Source of the DNA: Candidatus Altiarchaeales archaeon
GTDB taxonomy: Archaea > Altiarchaeota > Altiarchaeia > IMC4 > SCGC-AAA252-I15
Direction of reading: 5' to 3'
DNA length: 64,000 nucleotides
Assembly (NCBI GenBank): GCA_014727915.1
Contig: WJMO01000009.1
Span: forward strand, 64,001 to 128,000
In this document: positions 29,685 to 38,903 of the stretch, in pieces
Layout: each line of letters begins with the position of its first letter
Position numbering within the stretch: position 1 is the first letter of the stretch
The notes under the pieces: model-generated
The model's input: the letters and a program-made list of their open reading frames with translations, nothing else
The model's database searches: none
What the model was told of the DNA's origin: nothing
Position numbers and translations under genes: made by a program

Positions 29685-31565
29685 ATGAGGAGAAAACAGG
29701 CGGTTGAAGAGGAAGAGCTCATAATGCTGGCAGTGTTCCTCCTCGCGTCCTCGGTATTCTTCGCGTCGACCTACGGGTTCTACGGGTCCAACACCGGCAG
29801 CCACTACGCGCTTGTGCGGGCGGTGGTGGAGAACCAGTCTTTCAAGGTCAACTCGTTCGTCCGCTACACGGGGCTAATAGACTATGCGGTATACGAGGAC
29901 AACGCATACAGCGACCGGGCGCCGGGCCTCGCTTTCGCTGCCGCGCCCTTCTACCTCACAGGCAAACTGGCCTCCTCTGTGCTCCCGCTTGCCGCATACT
30001 ACAGGGGATGGGACCCCGGAAACCCCGCGGGCTTCACCACCTTGCTATTGCCAGTAATCGCCGGCGGTCTGTCGGTCGCCCTCCTCTATCGTATATGCCG
30101 GGAGCTCGGCGGCAGCGTGTACGCGTCGCTGATAACGGCCTTCACCCTGGCATTCGCGACGATCTTCTGGAAGCATTCGACCATGTTCTTCTCCCATGTG
30201 TTATCTGCGTTCCTTCTCCTGCTTGGATTATGCCTGGCGTTGACGTTGAAAAGCCTAAAGAAACAACGGTCCCATGCCTGCGCGATGTTCTTCGCGTTGG
30301 GATACATGGTGGTTGTGGAATATGCCAACATACTCCTGACGGCCATAGTTGTGTCATACCTGTTCGCATCCCGGAAGATGACGGTTAAGGATGTGACGTC
30401 CATGAAGAAGGAAATCCTCCACCCCATCCTATGCCTGATAGTCCCCCTCCTCATCATCCCGTTCTACAATTCGATCAACTTCGGGGATCCGATGACCACC
30501 GCCTACAAGTACTCCCCCCACCACGGTTGGGTGGGCGACCTCGGAGAGGCGCTCTCCACTCCATTGTCCGAGGGCGTGCCTGGCCTTCTGTTCACTGGCG
30601 AGCAGGTGAACGGCGGGCTGTTCCTCGTATCTCCCATATTGCTGCTTTCTATCTGGGGTCTGAAATACATGTACAGGAGCCGCAAGCCCGAGTCAATGCT
30701 GGTCGCTGCCTTGTTCCTGGCTCACCTCCTGTTCTACGGCAAGTACAAGACCTGGGGTGGCGGGGGCATCTCAGACACCCGCTACCTGATAACAGTCACT
30801 CCCATCATTGTTCTTCCCTTGTATGCGTGGGTCGACGGCTTCCTGCTGAAGCGGAAGCACGAGTTCGAGAAGGCGTTCTACACGCTTCCGCTGCTGGTCT
30901 TGTTCGGCATGTCCGTCGTGAACGTCATGGGAGACATAGCCACAGAGGAAGGCCATGGGACTAGGGAGTTCATCTTTCCTGCGGTGAAGGCGGGGGAGAT
31001 TTCCATGCTCTTCGACAATGTATTCGGCAACATTGGCAGGCTGCCAGCCTACCTTGGCATAGTCGCGATACTCTACTCTCTCGCGTCTCTGGCGTTGAAG
31101 AGGACGGTCGGCATAGCATATGTCATGGGCGAGGACCAGAATTTCGTTGCCATAGTGTTGGGTCTGGCGGTCGCGGGCTTCATAGCAGCAATCGCTTTCA
31201 GCGGGACCTCATCCGTCCCCGCGGAGCTGAAGGGGTGGAGCTACTCATTGGACGGGTTCCACTGGAGCAAGGTCGAGCCGCCCTATGGCTTCGAGGGCGG
31301 CGGCAGGCTCTTTGTGAAAGGGGTACTGGACGTTCCCGGACCATCCTCTAACTCGGTTATCGGGGTGATGGCAGAGGATTGTGTTTCGAAGGTGTACGTC
31401 AACGACCGGCTGGTGTCCGAGGTGTCCAACTGCACGGCCTGCATGCACTGCGATGGAGTCCGGATGGACCTGGGGCCGCTGGTGCAGCCCGGGCTGAATC
31501 CAATATGGTTCGAGGTGACGGGTTCGGGCGAGGCGGTCAAGTTCACAGCCCAAAAACTGGAATAG
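29685..31565 (+). CDS. GT-C-like polytopic membrane protein with C-terminal extracellular domain
   Basis: Start moved to MRRKQ; YSDRAPG, GLFLVSP, WGGG..TRYL. Confidence 0.7.
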   Translation: MRRKQAVEEEELIMLAVFLLASSVFFASTYGFYGSNTGSHYALVRAVVENQSFKVNSFVRYTGLIDYAVYEDNAYSDRAPGLAFAAAPFYLTGKLASSVLPLAAYYRGWDPGNPAGFTTLLLPVIAGGLSVALLYRICRELGGSVYASLITAFTLAFATIFWKHSTMFFSHVLSAFLLLLGLCLALTLKSLKKQRSHACAMFFALGYMVVVEYANILLTAIVVSYLFASRKMTVKDVTSMKKEILHPILCLIVPLLIIPFYNSINFGDPMTTAYKYSPHHGWVGDLGEALSTPLSEGVPGLLFTGEQVNGGLFLVSPILLLSIWGLKYMYRSRKPESMLVAALFLAHLLFYGKYKTWGGGGISDTRYLITVTPIIVLPLYAWVDGFLLKRKHEFEKAFYTLPLLVLFGMSVVNVMGDIATEEGHGTREFIFPAVKAGEISMLFDNVFGNIGRLPAYLGIVAILYSLASLALKRTVGIAYVMGEDQNFVAIVLGLAVAGFIAAIAFSGTSSVPAELKGWSYSLDGFHWSKVEPPYGFEGGGRLFVKGVLDVPGPSSNSVIGVMAEDCVSKVYVNDRLVSEVSNCTACMHCDGVRMDLGPLVQPGLNPIWFEVTGSGEAVKFTAQKLE

Positions 31566-31569
31566 TTAT

Positions 31570-32715
31570 TTATCCCCGGAATTCTGCATAGTCCTTCAGC
31601 ATCAGGTAGTTGGCCGCGTATTCCGGCAGCTTAACTTCCTCTCCTGCGTTGTAGGGTCCGTATCTGTTCTCCATCATAGTCCACGTTCCCACATCCGATG
31701 TTATCCTAGCCGTGACCTCTCCGTCTTTGAACGCTATCGCATCCATGAGGGGGTTGAAAGAGTCAATGTCCTTGACTTTCCTTGCCAGTAATCCGCTGCC
31801 TCCGTGTATGGTGTCCGGCAGCCTTATCAGCCGGGACGTGTCTAATGTGACCTGCTTGTCCGCGTCCTTTATCTCAACGGCCTTGGAGTATATCAGGTTC
31901 TGTATCGGGCCTTTGAGCCTGTCGAAGAGCGCGTCCCACCGTCCCTCGCGCAGGAACCTGAGGTTCATCTCACGGTCTGCCGCGTGCTTCTCGGCCGTGG
32001 TGGCGCCGATGCCCTTGATATTAACCAGCTCCTCCGCGGGCATGGCTATCAGCTCCTCCGCGACGTCGTATATCCTCCTAGCCCATCCCCTGCTGTCCTT
32101 CCTGGGTCCTATCCTGCGGCCGGCCGTCCCCTTGCTCTGACCCCTCTTGAAGGTTATGCCCCTCATTGTCTCCTCTTCGGTTATGAAGTATTCGATGTCC
32201 AGGCCGGTGCCCGTTATGTAGTCTATTATCTCCCTCCGGGCCTCGCCGTTCAAAGACCTCACATCATCGGATATGACGTGTATGTGGTAGCCTTTGCTAC
32301 CGCTGAAGTTCACCTTTATCTCCTTGCCGGTGAATCCGAAGTCGTCCTCGAGGAAGCCGACAATGCATTTGGCCTCCTCTTTGACGTCTTCGAGCTTGCC
32401 ATGGTCCAGCAGGTCCATGGGCTTGTCCAGGTCGAATACGAGGTCTGCGCCCAGCCAGTTCTTCCTTTGCATGGGCTGGTTCTCGGGGAACTCGTAGTAG
32501 GCTGAGGAATATGATATGTAATAGGGGGCTTCGGTCTTAAGGTATTGGGTTAGCTCCCGGCCGGAGGTGAAGCTCTTATGGCGGAACCTTATCTTGTCCT
32601 CCAGTGTCCCGACTCCGAACTCCCGTCGGTGAACGTCCATTGGGCTGTCCACCCTGTTCCTGAAGTAGTATTCCTTGAATCTCTTCTTCAGGTAGACTTT
32701 CGTGTCCGTGTTCAT
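31570..32715 (-). CDS. priS: DNA primase catalytic subunit PriS
   Basis: REFG, GADLVFDLD, FSGSKGYH, VTLDTSRLIRLPDTIHG. Confidence 0.95.
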   Translation of the reverse strand: MNTDTKVYLKKRFKEYYFRNRVDSPMDVHRREFGVGTLEDKIRFRHKSFTSGRELTQYLKTEAPYYISYSSAYYEFPENQPMQRKNWLGADLVFDLDKPMDLLDHGKLEDVKEEAKCIVGFLEDDFGFTGKEIKVNFSGSKGYHIHVISDDVRSLNGEARREIIDYITGTGLDIEYFITEEETMRGITFKRGQSKGTAGRRIGPRKDSRGWARRIYDVAEELIAMPAEELVNIKGIGATTAEKHAADREMNLRFLREGRWDALFDRLKGPIQNLIYSKAVEIKDADKQVTLDTSRLIRLPDTIHGGSGLLARKVKDIDSFNPLMDAIAFKDGEVTARITSDVGTWTMMENRYGPYNAGEEVKLPEYAANYLMLKDYAEFRG

Positions 32716-32717
32716 CT

Positions 32718-32948
32718 TCAGATCAGCCCTGAGGACTTGAGCCTGTCGACGCCGATGCCCGCTGCCAGCACCTTCATGAAGGTCTTCTCCAGCCCGCTAC
32801 TCCCGGCCTCCGTCTTCAGCTGCTTGAGGTTGTAGGATACGGCGCCCTGTGTGATGCCAAGCTCCGTGGCTATCTCGGTCTGGCTGTAGCCCAGTCCCCG
32901 CATCATCAGGATCTTTGAGATTTCCTCATCAGACAACAAACCAACCAC
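32718..32948 (-). CDS. small HTH DNA-binding protein
   Basis: GYSQTEIATELGITQGAVSYNL; start GTG 32948 or TTG 32939. Confidence 0.7.
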   Translation of the reverse strand: MVGLLSDEEISKILMMRGLGYSQTEIATELGITQGAVSYNLKQLKTEAGSSGLEKTFMKVLAAGIGVDRLKSSGLI

Positions 32949-32988
32949 CTTGCATAAAATAATAGAAGAACTATTACTATATAAACTT

Positions 32989-33609
32989 TCAGGGTTCTTT
33001 TCTGTCCATTGTCTCGGACCCCTCAAGCTCCTCAGGAACCCTGTAGACACGCCCACTCTTAATGTCATATACGAGAGGGAGTATCCTGAACTTCCCACTC
33101 TTCAAATCCTCATATTTGCCGGGATAATGGAGCAGGAGAAAGTTCCTGAGGGTCTCAACCTGTATCCTGCAACCCTCCTCTATGACCAGCCTCCTGAAAT
33201 GCTCGTCCGGAAGCTTGAGCTTCTTCTCCTTGAGGAATGCTTCCACCTTGTACTTGGCGTGGGAACCACCATATTCTACCATATGCCTTTTTATCTCAGG
33301 TTCGGTCTCATACGATTCCAGGCTGTTATAGCCGCCGCATTGGGTGTGGTGCAACACTATGAAGAAGTCGGGGTCCAGGTTGTTGACCGCGTAGGTGAAC
33401 GCCGCCTTCGCGTCCTCGCTGAAAAGGCCCCCAACATTCTTCGCCTCGAATATGTTCCCATCCTCGCGGAGGCTGAAGATGTTATGGACGCACACCCTGC
33501 TGTCACTGCAGGAGAGGCAGAAAATCCTAGGGTCCTGGCCGAACTCCAGCTTCCTCCTCAAATGCCTCGAATGCTTATGCCACCCCCTCTGCAACCTGCT
33601 TAACCTCAT
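32989..33609 (-). CDS. beta-class carbonic anhydrase
   Basis: CSDSR, NVG, HTQCG zinc ligands. Confidence 0.88.
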   Translation of the reverse strand: MRLSRLQRGWHKHSRHLRRKLEFGQDPRIFCLSCSDSRVCVHNIFSLREDGNIFEAKNVGGLFSEDAKAAFTYAVNNLDPDFFIVLHHTQCGGYNSLESYETEPEIKRHMVEYGGSHAKYKVEAFLKEKKLKLPDEHFRRLVIEEGCRIQVETLRNFLLLHYPGKYEDLKSGKFRILPLVYDIKSGRVYRVPEELEGSETMDRKEP

Positions 33610-33690
33610 AGCCTCAAAATATCACAACATCATCTATAATAAAATACTAAAAAATACATAATCTACCTGAACAAAACATGGACCAAGAAC

Positions 33691-33865
33691 TGGACTATGC
33701 TAAACTTGGTTTCAAGTGCGGTATAGAGATACACCAGCACAGCCTTTTTAACAAAAAGGCTGGCGAAAAATGTGTGGGGTTCGTTTCACTCACCCCACTG
33801 GGGGCATAGATGGACTTGGACTATGCTAAACTTGGTTTCAAGTGCGGTATAGAGATACACCAGCA
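33691..33865 (+). repeat. 49-bp perfect direct repeat of the gatE 5' end flanking two hairpins
   Basis: Copies at 33691-33739 and 33817-33865; hairpins at 33740-33762 and 33774-33798. Confidence 0.9.
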
Positions 33866-35648
33866 GCTCGACACTCACAAGCTGTTCTGCAGCTGCCCGT
33901 CCCTCATAAGGGATGACCAACCCGACCTGGTGGTGGAGAGGAGGATGCGGGCTGTCGCAGGCGAGCTCGGAGACGTGGACCCCGCCGCATTGCATGAGTT
34001 CCTCAGGGGACGGACACTGCTCTACGAAGCATACCATGACAGCACATGCCTGGTGGAACTGGACGAGGAACCACCCCACCCACTCAACCAGGACGCGCTA
34101 AGGACAGTCTTGGAGGTCGCGCTCCTGTTGAAGGCCGAGCCGGTGGAAGAGATGCATGTGATGCGGAAGACCGTCATCGACGGGTCCAACACCAGCGGAT
34201 TCCAGAGGACAATGCTCGTCGCGGAAGACGGCACTCTAGAAACGAGCAAAGGCCACGTTGGCATACCAACAATCTGCCTCGAAGAGGATGCAGCCCGGAT
34301 AATCAGCGAGGAAGGAGGTGAAGTCCACTACCGACTCGACCGTCTGGGAATACCCCTCATAGAATTGGCTACGACACCGGACATCAAGGACCCGCAGCAC
34401 GCGCGGGAGGTAGCTGAGAAGATCGGCGGGATACTCCGCGCCACCACCGTGAAAAGGGGGTTAGGGACGATACGCCAGGACATAAACGTCTCAATAGCAG
34501 AGGGCGAACGCATAGAGGTCAAGGGAGTCCAGGACCTGCGCCTCATATCCAAGGTTGTTGAAGGCGAGGTCCGGAGGCAGATGATGCTCATAGACGTGAG
34601 GAAAGAGCTTCTGAAACGCGGAGTCAAATCTGAAGACTACGATGCCGGACATGTCGACATCTCCCGCCTGTTCAAGGACACGAAGTCTTCCGTCATCTCA
34701 GATGCGCTGTCAAACGGTGGTGTCGTATTGGCTGTCAACTTAAGAGGGTTGGACGGTCTTTTGAAGGACATGCTCGGACCCCAGCTGGCGCAATATGCTA
34801 GGGCGCTCGCGGGCGTGAAGGGCATCTTCCACGGTGATGAGCTGCCAGCGTACGGTGTCAGTCAGGGGGAGGCCGAAGCAACAAAGAGAGAGTTAGGCAC
34901 TACAGGCGTTGACTCATACACCCTCGTGGCAGCGCCCAGGGAACAGGCTTTGAAGGCTTTGGAAGCCGTTCTCGGCCGCTGCAAGACCGCTTTGGAGTGC
35001 GTGCCCGAGGAGGTCCGGAGAGCCCGGGAAGACGGCAGCACAGAGTACATGCGCCCCCTCCCGGGGAGCTCCAGGATGTACCCTGAAACCGACGAACCAC
35101 TGGTCTCAGTGTATGCGGCCACGCTGAAGTCATTGAAGTCCTCCCTCCCAGAGCTCCGCGATGACAAGGCCAAAAGATACGTCAAGATGGGCTTGGGCAA
35201 GGAGCTGGCAGACCAACTGTCCCGCTCCGCCGAAGCCCCGCTATTCGAATCCTTAGCCGCAGAGTTCGAAGAAGCAGACCCTAACGTGATCGCCCAGACC
35301 CTCACCTCGTATCCCAAGGAGGCGGTTAAGAGGTATGGTGTGGACCCTTCACTGCTGTCCGAGGAGCACTTCCGCCAGGTCATGTCATTGCTGTCCGATG
35401 GCAGGATAACCAAGAACGTCATCGTCGACCTAATAGCGAAGGCTGCTGAGAACCCTGACGAAGATTTGTCTTCACTGGCGGAGTCCGGCAACCTCACCAC
35501 CTTATCGGATGATGAACTCAAGAAGATCGTCGCCAAGGTGAAGTCTGAGAACGAGGGTTTGAACCCCGGGCAGCTGATGGGCAAGGTGATGGCCGAGGTT
35601 CAGGGCCGGGCCGACCCATCCAAGGTCAAAGACCTTCTACGTGGCTGA
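33810..35648 (+). CDS. gatE: Glu-tRNA(Gln) amidotransferase subunit E
   Basis: GIEIHQQL, MRKTVIDGSNTSGFQRT, KRGLGTIRQD, RMYPETD. Confidence 0.97.
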   Translation: MDLDYAKLGFKCGIEIHQQLDTHKLFCSCPSLIRDDQPDLVVERRMRAVAGELGDVDPAALHEFLRGRTLLYEAYHDSTCLVELDEEPPHPLNQDALRTVLEVALLLKAEPVEEMHVMRKTVIDGSNTSGFQRTMLVAEDGTLETSKGHVGIPTICLEEDAARIISEEGGEVHYRLDRLGIPLIELATTPDIKDPQHAREVAEKIGGILRATTVKRGLGTIRQDINVSIAEGERIEVKGVQDLRLISKVVEGEVRRQMMLIDVRKELLKRGVKSEDYDAGHVDISRLFKDTKSSVISDALSNGGVVLAVNLRGLDGLLKDMLGPQLAQYARALAGVKGIFHGDELPAYGVSQGEAEATKRELGTTGVDSYTLVAAPREQALKALEAVLGRCKTALECVPEEVRRAREDGSTEYMRPLPGSSRMYPETDEPLVSVYAATLKSLKSSLPELRDDKAKRYVKMGLGKELADQLSRSAEAPLFESLAAEFEEADPNVIAQTLTSYPKEAVKRYGVDPSLLSEEHFRQVMSLLSDGRITKNVIVDLIAKAAENPDEDLSSLAESGNLTTLSDDELKKIVAKVKSENEGLNPGQLMGKVMAEVQGRADPSKVKDLLRG

Positions 35649-35955
35649 GCCTCAGCTGGGAGAACAGCTCCCTCGGCCGCCGCTTCTCGTGTATCCCATA
35701 GGCTCCCATCATCTTCAGCAGCTTCTTCCTAAGGACCTTCCCCGCCCGGTCCATGTCCGTCAGTATTATCACTTCACTGCAGTCCTGTAGTGCCTCAACG
35801 GTCTCGAGAAGCGACTGACCTTTGTTCAGAACGACTATGTCCCCTTCGTCAACGTCAAGCTTCATCAGCGCTTCAGCGTCCCGTCTTCCCTCGACTATGA
35901 TGGGGCAGTCGAGGGATTCCAGGAACTCTTCGAGAATATCCTGTTTGTCCTTCAT
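35626..35955 (-). CDS. stand-alone TOPRIM-domain protein
   Basis: IIVEGRRD, ILTDMDRAG; start moved to ATG 35955. Confidence 0.85.
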   Translation of the reverse strand: MKDKQDILEEFLESLDCPIIVEGRRDAEALMKLDVDEGDIVVLNKGQSLLETVEALQDCSEVIILTDMDRAGKVLRKKLLKMMGAYGIHEKRRPRELFSQLRLSHVEGL

Positions 35956-36086
35956 TGCCCCCATCTGTTCCCGCAGATTTTGCAGAGGCACATTATGACC
36001 CCGATCTCATGGTTTGGGTTCAATGTTATCTCCGTGCTGTTGCAGAATGTGCACCTCTGAATCTTTCTCATTACTCGTTCGTTCAT
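35952..36086 (-). CDS. 44-aa zinc-ribbon microprotein
   Basis: MNERVMRKIQRCTFCNSTEITLNPNHEIGVIMCLCKICGNRWGQ; ATGA overlaps at both ends; not in ORF track. Confidence 0.7.
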   Translation of the reverse strand: MNERVMRKIQRCTFCNSTEITLNPNHEIGVIMCLCKICGNRWGQ

Positions 36087-36226
36087 TTTCTCTCCTTCAG
36101 CATTATCTTCCCTTTCTCCACGATTTCAAAGTCCAGCCTCTGGCCTTTCACCCATCTCATGCCTTCCACGAGTGGTTTGGGGAGCGTTACCGTGAACTGC
36201 CCCCTGTTGTTCTGCTGGATTATCAT
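36083..36226 (-). CDS. AbrB/MazE/SpoVT-family DNA-binding microprotein (47 aa)
   Basis: MIIQQNNRGQFTVTLPKPLVEGMRWVKGQRLDFEIVEKGKIMLKERK; not in ORF track. Confidence 0.8.
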   Translation of the reverse strand: MIIQQNNRGQFTVTLPKPLVEGMRWVKGQRLDFEIVEKGKIMLKERK

Positions 36227-36242
36227 GAGGATAAAAGATATG

Positions 36243-36320
36243 AATATTTATTTAAATATGAATAAAAATCCTATTTTTATTATTCATATGAAAATATCTT
36301 TTAATATTTAAATAAATATT
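36243..36320. promoter_or_regulatory. AT-rich divergent promoter with 17-bp inverted repeat
   Basis: AATATTTATTTAAATAT (36243-36259) / ATATTTAAATAAATATT (36304-36320). Confidence 0.5.
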
Positions 36321-36386
36321 AATAGGTTCATTTATATAGCTTTATTCACATTATTTCCTATTTAGTAAATATTCTATTTTTGTAGG

Positions 36387-36869
36387 ATGTCGGAAAATAT
36401 CGATTATGTGAGGCGGAGGCTGACTGACAAGTACTCTTCAATATTTCGAGAGTTCGGCCTGCAACCCACCATGATCGAAGTGTACATGTCAGTGTTCCTC
36501 TCCAAGGAGCCCATGGGTTTGCAGGAGATCGCCGACGACACCGGCTACAGCGTATCCACGGTGTGCAAGAACGTTAACATACTGGAGCGGATGACGGACG
36601 TTCGAAGGTTCAAGAAGCCGGGCAGCAAGAAGATATACTATGAATGCCAGCACGACATCAAGAAGGCCCTGCGGAAGAAGATAGTCGAGCAGAGGGGCAT
36701 GGTACAGTCTCTAGTGGATATTCTTAAAGACTCAGATGAAAGATTAAGGAACGATGAGGATCCGGACTCGGAGAGGATCCGCAAAGACCTTGAGAAGCTG
36801 CGCAAAGACTATGAGAAGGTCATCAAACTATTGGACATAATGTCGGCTATGAAGCTTATAGGAGAGTAA
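36387..36869 (+). CDS. GbsR/MarR-family transcriptional regulator
   Basis: EPMGLQEIADDTGYSVSTV..KKPGSKKIYY. Confidence 0.82.
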   Translation: MSENIDYVRRRLTDKYSSIFREFGLQPTMIEVYMSVFLSKEPMGLQEIADDTGYSVSTVCKNVNILERMTDVRRFKKPGSKKIYYECQHDIKKALRKKIVEQRGMVQSLVDILKDSDERLRNDEDPDSERIRKDLEKLRKDYEKVIKLLDIMSAMKLIGE

Positions 36870-36870
36870 C

Positions 36871-37602
36871 ATGAAAAAGCACAAGCAAAAGGAGGAGGAC
36901 GAACGCTGCAAGAAAAAACCCATCATAGACCTGAATGACGTCTGGAAGATATACCGGATGGGCGAGGTCGAAGTCCCGGCGCTCAGGGGCCTGACCCTCG
37001 AGATATTCCCCTGCGAGTTCGTCTCCCTAATGGGCCCCTCGGGCAGCGGCAAGAGCACGGCCATGAACATGGTCGGGTGCCTGGACGTCCCCACCAAAGG
37101 CCATATACTCTTGGATGGGAGGGACATCGCGGAACTGGAAGAATCCGACCTGGCCCAGATCAGAGGCCGGAAGATAGGCTTCATATTCCAGCAGTTCAAC
37201 CTCATAAACAACCTCACGGCATTGGAGAACGTTACGATGCCCATGATATTCCAGGACATGTCCTCATATGACAGGGAGAAACGCGGCGTGAAGCTTTTGA
37301 AGTCCGTCGGATTGGAGGATAGGATGTACCATAAGCCCACCGAGCTCTCAGGAGGCCAGCAGCAGAGGGTCGCTATAGCAAGGTCACTCGCCAACGACCC
37401 GGACGTAATACTGGCCGACGAGCCCACTGGGAACCTGGACTCTAAGACAGGCGTGGAGGTGATGGACCTGCTATCCGACCTCCATAAGAAGGAGGACAAG
37501 ACGATAGTCATGGTCACACACGACGCGAAGCTCTCGAAGTTCGCGGACAGGATTATACACATAAAGGACGGAAAAGTAGTCAACGGAGGTAAGCAAAAAT
37601 GA
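36871..37602 (+). CDS. ABC transporter ATPase (LolD/MacB type)
   Basis: GPSGSGKST, LSGGQQQR, ADEPTGNLD. Confidence 0.95.
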   Translation: MKKHKQKEEDERCKKKPIIDLNDVWKIYRMGEVEVPALRGLTLEIFPCEFVSLMGPSGSGKSTAMNMVGCLDVPTKGHILLDGRDIAELEESDLAQIRGRKIGFIFQQFNLINNLTALENVTMPMIFQDMSSYDREKRGVKLLKSVGLEDRMYHKPTELSGGQQQRVAIARSLANDPDVILADEPTGNLDSKTGVEVMDLLSDLHKKEDKTIVMVTHDAKLSKFADRIIHIKDGKVVNGGKQK

Positions 37603-38900
37603 GAAGAGCATATCTAACGGTTTTTTTGGTTTTAGTGATGGTGTCAACAGCCTGCGCGCAGGCGAGATTCGACTCAGTCTCAATCGAACCGCCCTACATC
37701 GAGCCGGGCAACGACGTCAACGTATACGTAAAATTCCACGAGGGACTCAACAAAAGGGACATCCTCGTGACCCCCACCAAAGACGATGAGCGCCTTCCAG
37801 TGGGAGACGACACTGCAGTATACTACCTTGCAGTGCTGACTCCCAAGGACGATGCGACATCCGACTACATACTGGTCAAGGACCAGAGGAAGAGTATAGG
37901 CCATATGTACCCCGGCGAGACGTGGACCGCACCCTTTGAGATACACGTGTCGGACAGCGCACCACCCACCACATACACATTGAGCTTCGAGGTGCTTAAG
38001 ACCGACATACAGGGCACGGAAGAGGGGGAGGTCATCCTATCGCGGGAGATAGGCCTGGATGTGAAGGGTGTGCCGTCTTTCACCCTGGCCTCGGACAGCC
38101 AGCTGAGGTCCGGCGAGACCAAGGACTTCCACGTTACAGTATCCAACGTCGGCGGAGGCACCGCCAGGCACGTCCTTGTAAGCTTGAACGCGACGTCCCC
38201 ACTCACCGTTCTTAAGTCTTCAACGCTGTATGCGGGGGACATGTCCGGTGTGGCGGCCAAGAACCTGGTGTACGAGCTTCACGTGGACAGCTCCGCGGAG
38301 CCCCGAGCCTACTCCATACCGGTGGAGATAACCTACACGGACCGGAACGGCTCTGCTCATATGGTCACGAAGTCGATAGGGGTCAAGGTCCAGGGCATGC
38401 CCGTGGTGACGGCCAACCTGGACAGCCAGGATGACGTGATGGAGGCGATGTCCGGGTCCATAACCTTGAGCGTGGTCAACAAGGGCTTCATAGACGCGAA
38501 GTTCCTCTCGCTTGAGCTGGAGGACTCCGACCAGTACACTGTGACCTCCAACCATGAGGTGTACATAGGGAACCTTGCATCCGACGACTTCGAGACAGAG
38601 GATTTCACGGTCAAGGTGGCCGAAGGTGTGACGGGTAAGGTCCCCTTGAAGGTGAAGGTGTCCTACACGGAGGAGAACAACAACGAGATGCACTTGGTGC
38701 AGCCCGAACTGTACCTTAACGTCCTACCCTCCGACGAATACTATGCGTTGCACCCGAAGACGAACGGGTCACAGCAGATCATGGGCGTGGTATTCGCGGT
38801 TCCCGCCTTGATAGTCGGCTACATAGTATTGTGGCTGCTGTTCAAGATAGTGAACGCGATAACGGGCTTCATAGACCGTAAGGTGTTCAGGAAGACCTAG
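37599..38900 (+). CDS. COG1361-like S-layer-domain protein
   Basis: Signal peptide, beta-rich repeats (NVGGGTA, YIGNLASDD), C-terminal TM; typical position in archaeal MacB operons. Confidence 0.75.
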   Translation: MRRAYLTVFLVLVMVSTACAQARFDSVSIEPPYIEPGNDVNVYVKFHEGLNKRDILVTPTKDDERLPVGDDTAVYYLAVLTPKDDATSDYILVKDQRKSIGHMYPGETWTAPFEIHVSDSAPPTTYTLSFEVLKTDIQGTEEGEVILSREIGLDVKGVPSFTLASDSQLRSGETKDFHVTVSNVGGGTARHVLVSLNATSPLTVLKSSTLYAGDMSGVAAKNLVYELHVDSSAEPRAYSIPVEITYTDRNGSAHMVTKSIGVKVQGMPVVTANLDSQDDVMEAMSGSITLSVVNKGFIDAKFLSLELEDSDQYTVTSNHEVYIGNLASDDFETEDFTVKVAEGVTGKVPLKVKVSYTEENNNEMHLVQPELYLNVLPSDEYYALHPKTNGSQQIMGVVFAVPALIVGYIVLWLLFKIVNAITGFIDRKVFRKT

Positions 38901-38903
38901 ATA

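Noticed and set aside
32950-33603. 217-aa + strand ORF
   Set aside because: Antisense to the carbonic anhydrase, which has intact catalytic motifs
33807-33812. TAG-ATG junction as pyrrolysine or readthrough recoding
   Set aside because: GatE is complete from ATG 33810, no pyl genes in the window, and duplication explains the layout more simply
35955-36311. + strand ORFs of 118 and 83 aa
   Set aside because: Better explained by the coupled AbrB and Zn-ribbon genes on the - strand
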